64,000 bases of DNA, taken from positions 248,001 to 312,000 of the IMG/VR virus record IMGVR_UViG_3300031669_000001, one strand, 5' to 3'. The notes beneath the pieces are model-generated. The model made no database searches and was not told the origin of the DNA. It was given only the letters and a program-made list of their open reading frames with translations. The position numbers and the translations under genes were made by a program. Below, in pieces: positions 61,145 through 64,000 of the stretch (within the stretch, counting starts at the first letter, position 1; each line of letters starts with the position of its first letter).

Positions 61145-61581
61145 GTGGCGATGACGTCTTTCGCGATGCGCGCAGCGAGTCCGCCGTCATAACGACCCTC
61201 GTATTTGAACTTTAGAATCTTGAGCATCTCACCCATTGGCTTATTGGCAACGTCGAAGCCATTCACCTTGACGATGTCGATCAGAATTTCACGAATCTTT
61301 TCTTCGGTGAGTTGTGCAGGCAGGAAAGAATTGATCAGCTCTTTTTCAGTCGTAGCATCAACGAAGCGCTCATCACCTTCTGCAAGTAGAGGAAGAATTT
61401 GATCGAGGTTCTTGATGAACTTCTTTATCACGGCAATTGTTTCTGCATCGGTCGTTTCGCGACCTTCGTTCTTACCAACCATAGTTGCTTCAGAAAGAAG
61501 TGTGATCAGAGAAGCTGCCTTCTTGGATTCGCGATTTTTGCGCGCTGTGATAGACGCGGCTTTAATGTCATCGAGAATCAT
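61132..61581 (-). CDS. GatB/YqeY-domain protein
   Basis: IKAASITARK...LLSEA...VIKKFIK...FLPAQLTEE...MGEMLK...GRYDG. Confidence 0.85.
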   Translation of the reverse strand: MILDDIKAASITARKNRESKKAASLITLLSEATMVGKNEGRETTDAETIAVIKKFIKNLDQILPLLAEGDERFVDATTEKELINSFLPAQLTEEKIREILIDIVKVNGFDVANKPMGEMLKILKFKYEGRYDGGLAARIAKDVIATWQS

Positions 61582-61769
61582 ATCGCGACAGCGTCTGCGT
61601 GAATCTTGCCAGGGAATTTTCCTGTTTGTGTGATGTGAATTCCGCGCTCTTTCAGCTCACGAGTCTTTTCAACCCATTGATGACGAAGGTTACGAGTGAC
61701 GCGGGATTTGCCGTAGAGAATTTGAGATTGTTTGACAAGCGCTTTTATAGAGTTCATTTTCGTTCTCAT
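61578..61769 (-). CDS. Hypothetical basic protein
   Basis: 63-aa ORF after the promoter at 61786. Confidence 0.55.
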   Translation of the reverse strand: MRTKMNSIKALVKQSQILYGKSRVTRNLRHQWVEKTRELKERGIHITQTGKFPGKIHADAVAI

Positions 61770-61785
61770 CTAAATTAGATGAGCT

Positions 61786-61813
61786 ATTATAACACAGAGA
61801 TCCAAAAAGTACA
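61786..61813 (-). promoter_or_regulatory. Early promoter
   Basis: TGTACT-N16-TATAAT. Confidence 0.7.
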
Positions 61814-61817
61814 CAAG

Positions 61818-61847
61818 AAAAAGCCCCAGTCTCTTGGCGACTGAGGC
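61818..61847 (-). terminator. Intrinsic terminator
   Basis: GCCTCAGTC-GCCAAGA-GACTGGGGC followed by TTTT. Confidence 0.75.
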
Positions 61848-61879
61848 GCTGCCACGTTCCAAAGCCTTAGGCAAAGGAA

Positions 61880-62272
61880 CTATTTAAATACCGAGAGTGA
61901 AGCCTTTGCTTTTAGACCTTCATCGTTAGCGCTCTTGATGATCTTGTCGTTCTTCAAGACTACCACGTTAACTAGCTTGTACATCCCCTTCGACGCACCA
62001 CTTTGATCGTGAACGCCATGAAATTCTTTACCGATATCCTTTACGTAGCTGTCATAGGCATTACCTGAGCTAGAGATGAAAGCGAAGCGATTCTTTTCAT
62101 CAGGCTTCTTGCAGACTAGAATCGTATCTTCGCTATCTTTCCACTCTGAAGCTGCGGTGATAATATCTACCGTACGACGACCGTAAAGTGCCATGGTGGC
62201 AGGAAGAATTACCCAATCACGAACTCCATAACGACGCTCGTTGAGAGTTAAAAGCTCTAGAAGTAAGTTCAT
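61880..62272 (-). CDS. Hypothetical protein with MNLLLELLTLNE N-terminus
   Basis: Coupled to the DUF3175-like gene; L-x-E tag. Confidence 0.6.
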   Translation of the reverse strand: MNLLLELLTLNERRYGVRDWVILPATMALYGRRTVDIITAASEWKDSEDTILVCKKPDEKNRFAFISSSGNAYDSYVKDIGKEFHGVHDQSGASKGMYKLVNVVVLKNDKIIKSANDEGLKAKASLSVFK

Positions 62273-62763
62273 TTTGAAGCTTCCAGCGTTTCTAAGGCGC
62301 TCTTGAGAACAGCCTTACGATCAGCTGAAAGATTTTTACCTGCACGGTTGATGTAGAAGTTTAATGCAGATACAGCACCCTTCTTATCAGCGTGAGATGA
62401 CTTTAACCATTTAACGATAGCCGATGCAGAACCGTCAGCAAACAGTCCTTCTGGAGGATGCTTTTTGGTTTTAACGTCGCCAGACCACTTCAGCTCCATC
62501 AATTGTTCTAATGAAAGATCATCTTCCATGGATTCGTGAAGGCGCTTTTTAGCAGCTTCCAAAGTTGCCTTGCGATCAGCTGAGAGCTTCTTGCCGGCGC
62601 GGTTGATGTAGAAGTTGAGAGCGCCCATTGCGCTCTTAAGATCTTTGTGGGACGACTTCAACCAAGATGCGATCTCAGCAGCAGATCCAGTTGCAAAAAG
62701 ATCTTCAGGTGGGTGCTTCTTTGTCTTGACGTCGCCAGACCATTTTAATTCGGATAGTAACAT
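62269..62763 (-). CDS. Tandem DUF3175-like domain protein
   Basis: Two ~75-aa copies of ELKWSGDVKTKKHPPE.LFA.GSA...AL NFYINRAGK.LSADRKA.LE. Confidence 0.7.
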   Translation of the reverse strand: MLLSELKWSGDVKTKKHPPEDLFATGSAAEIASWLKSSHKDLKSAMGALNFYINRAGKKLSADRKATLEAAKKRLHESMEDDLSLEQLMELKWSGDVKTKKHPPEGLFADGSASAIVKWLKSSHADKKGAVSALNFYINRAGKNLSADRKAVLKSALETLEASK

Positions 62764-62785
62764 GATGGTGATCTCCTTATGCGCT

Positions 62786-62793
62786 TATTTACT
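62786..62793 (-). promoter_or_regulatory. Late-like promoter box
   Basis: AGTAAATA upstream of the AAGGAG RBS of 62763. Confidence 0.45.
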
Positions 62794-62818
62794 ATAGGGA
62801 GATCGAAACGCGAAAAAT

Positions 62819-63211
62819 TTACAGCAACTTAAGGTGCCCAGTTATCGCGTTAATCTTATCATTCTCTGCAGGACCAACAGAAATGCATGTATTGGTTGGA
62901 ACTCCACTGAATTCTGTTAACCCACTATCAGTGATCAGCGAGCAGGTTATTCCAGCAGCTTTAGCCTTCTCTAATAGTTCAAGAAGCTCGGCTTCACTGT
63001 TAACACCGCAACAGATCTTCTTGAACACTCCTTTCATGAGCCACTCATCCATCTCAGGCGTAAGTGGGATCATGAGGTAACGTGCTCCTCCATTGGCAAC
63101 AAAAACACTTCCACTATCAACAACGGGTTTCATAGAAGCGTGAGAACCTTGGGCTACCATCTTACCCTTGCGCATGTTGAGGTCGGTCCTCATTACAATG
63201 ACCTGTTTCAT
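62819..63211 (-). CDS. pth2: Peptidyl-tRNA hydrolase, Pth2 type
   Basis: MKQVIVMRTDLNMRKGKMVAQGSHA, KKIC..V.SE.EL, ITDSGLTE, TC..VGP, ITGHLKLL. Confidence 0.95.
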   Translation of the reverse strand: MKQVIVMRTDLNMRKGKMVAQGSHASMKPVVDSGSVFVANGGARYLMIPLTPEMDEWLMKGVFKKICCGVNSEAELLELLEKAKAAGITCSLITDSGLTEFSGVPTNTCISVGPAENDKINAITGHLKLL

Positions 63212-63522
63212 TCGTATGAATCTGCCTGTACGAGGATAACTTGGAATTGATTTTTACCAAGCTTGATGTTAACGCATGAATCACCAACTATCAGCTTTGT
63301 GCCGTCCCAACCTTTCTTGCGAAGTCTAACTCCACGCTGAATCTCATCCCAGCGCTCGCGTTTTTCCCTCACAAACTTTCTATTTCCTTCTCGGTTTATC
63401 TCGGCACTTTTCTCAGGATTCTTACGGCGCCAGCGAGCATTTGCTTTTCCACCCGGAGTTTCAGGACGTATTTCGCCTTTACGAGGGCGGCCTTTTTTGT
63501 AGCCAGTAGGTTTGTAAGCCAT
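63208..63522 (-). CDS. Basic protein with AT-hook-like KKGRPRK
   Basis: 104-aa ORF with its own promoter. Confidence 0.55.
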   Translation of the reverse strand: MAYKPTGYKKGRPRKGEIRPETPGGKANARWRRKNPEKSAEINREGNRKFVREKRERWDEIQRGVRLRKKGWDGTKLIVGDSCVNIKLGKNQFQVILVQADSYE

Positions 63523-63542
63523 TTTTGTACTTTCAAAAGAAA

Positions 63543-63581
63543 TAGGGTGTTCATTATATCATGAACACCCTACAGAGTAAA
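63543..63581 (-). promoter_or_regulatory. Early promoter whose -10 lies in a 12-bp inverted repeat (also terminator-like)
   Basis: TTTACT-N17-TATAAT; arms tagggtgttcat (63543-63554) / atgaacacccta (63561-63572); minus-strand TTTCTTTT follows. Confidence 0.75.
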
Positions 63582-63587
63582 ATTTAT

Positions 63588-63809
63588 TTACGGTTGAATG
63601 CGAAAGAATCTTACGTTGGTGAGAATTTGACCATTTGAGGTGCTGAACAAACTTCCATAACCTTCGTAACGACAGTCTTTGAAGAGGGTTCTACCGTCTG
63701 TAATGACGGTGAATCTACTCTGTCTTTGACCGTGAACTCCATGTAGTTCAAAGTCAATTGGAGTTCCTACTGGATATTCTTTGTCGATCTCTAGTATAAT
63801 TTTTGTCAT
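63588..63809 (-). CDS. Hypothetical protein
   Basis: 73-aa ORF. Confidence 0.55.
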   Translation of the reverse strand: MTKIILEIDKEYPVGTPIDFELHGVHGQRQSRFTVITDGRTLFKDCRYEGYGSLFSTSNGQILTNVRFFRIQP

Positions 63810-63813
63810 TTTT

Positions 63814-64000
63814 TTATTCGCAGCTTTGAGCTACAGCTTCAAGTTGAGCTTCATAGCCTTTACGAATTTCTATCTCGGCTAAAGCTTTCTTCGTTTTGAC
63901 GAAGACGTCATCCTTTACGTCACCGGTATCTGTCAAGGGCATGACAGGTTTAGGTGGCAAAGTTACCTTGCAAGGAACCGTAACTAAAACATTGTGATCG
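63814..64000 (-). CDS. Probable o-spanin (Rz1-like), 3' part only
   Basis: Manual translation ...VTVPCKVTLPPKPVMP...KKALAEIEIRKGYEAQLEAVAQSCE*; Pro-rich then helical, as in outer-membrane spanins. Confidence 0.6.
   Translation of the reverse strand, partial: DHNVLVTVPCKVTLPPKPVMPLTDTGDVKDDVFVKTKKALAEIEIRKGYEAQLEAVAQSCE

Overview
This window is part of a large lytic dsDNA phage genome of the T4-like myovirus type. It has T4-style type II topoisomerase subunits, RNA ligase 1, dNMP kinase, NudE-like and DenB-like proteins, sigma70-like early promoters (T(T/G)TAC(T/A)-N16-18-TATAAT) and late (N)ATAAATA boxes. Most genes are on the minus strand; one plus-strand virion/fibre block spans 47067-56925. 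Accessory content includes: a Ter/TelA stress cluster; a GH108 endolysin; three Gly-Pro-Thr collagen-like fibre genes; ThyX plus a second ThyA-fold enzyme with the dCMP-type N-D signature; a WGR-PARP; NAD salvage genes (NadV and NadM-Nudix); a CoaE-CoaD fusion; two GT2-TPR glycosyltransferases; and translation-rescue functions. The strongest features missing from the ORF track are: (1) a circularly permuted (two-piece) tmRNA gene with tag ANDANGALALAA; (2) a shared two-hairpin leader RNA (AUAGA loop, CAACGU, SD-sequestering stem) before both NAD-salvage genes; (3) a 126-bp, 63% GC fragment of a bacterial glmU gene fused to the 3' end of the ThyA-like gene; (4) an N-terminal L-x-E tag shared by late-promoter genes, possibly marking capsid-packaged effectors; and (5) a likely collagen-fibre glycosylation system. 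All protein family calls come from motif recognition by eye; no database searches were run.
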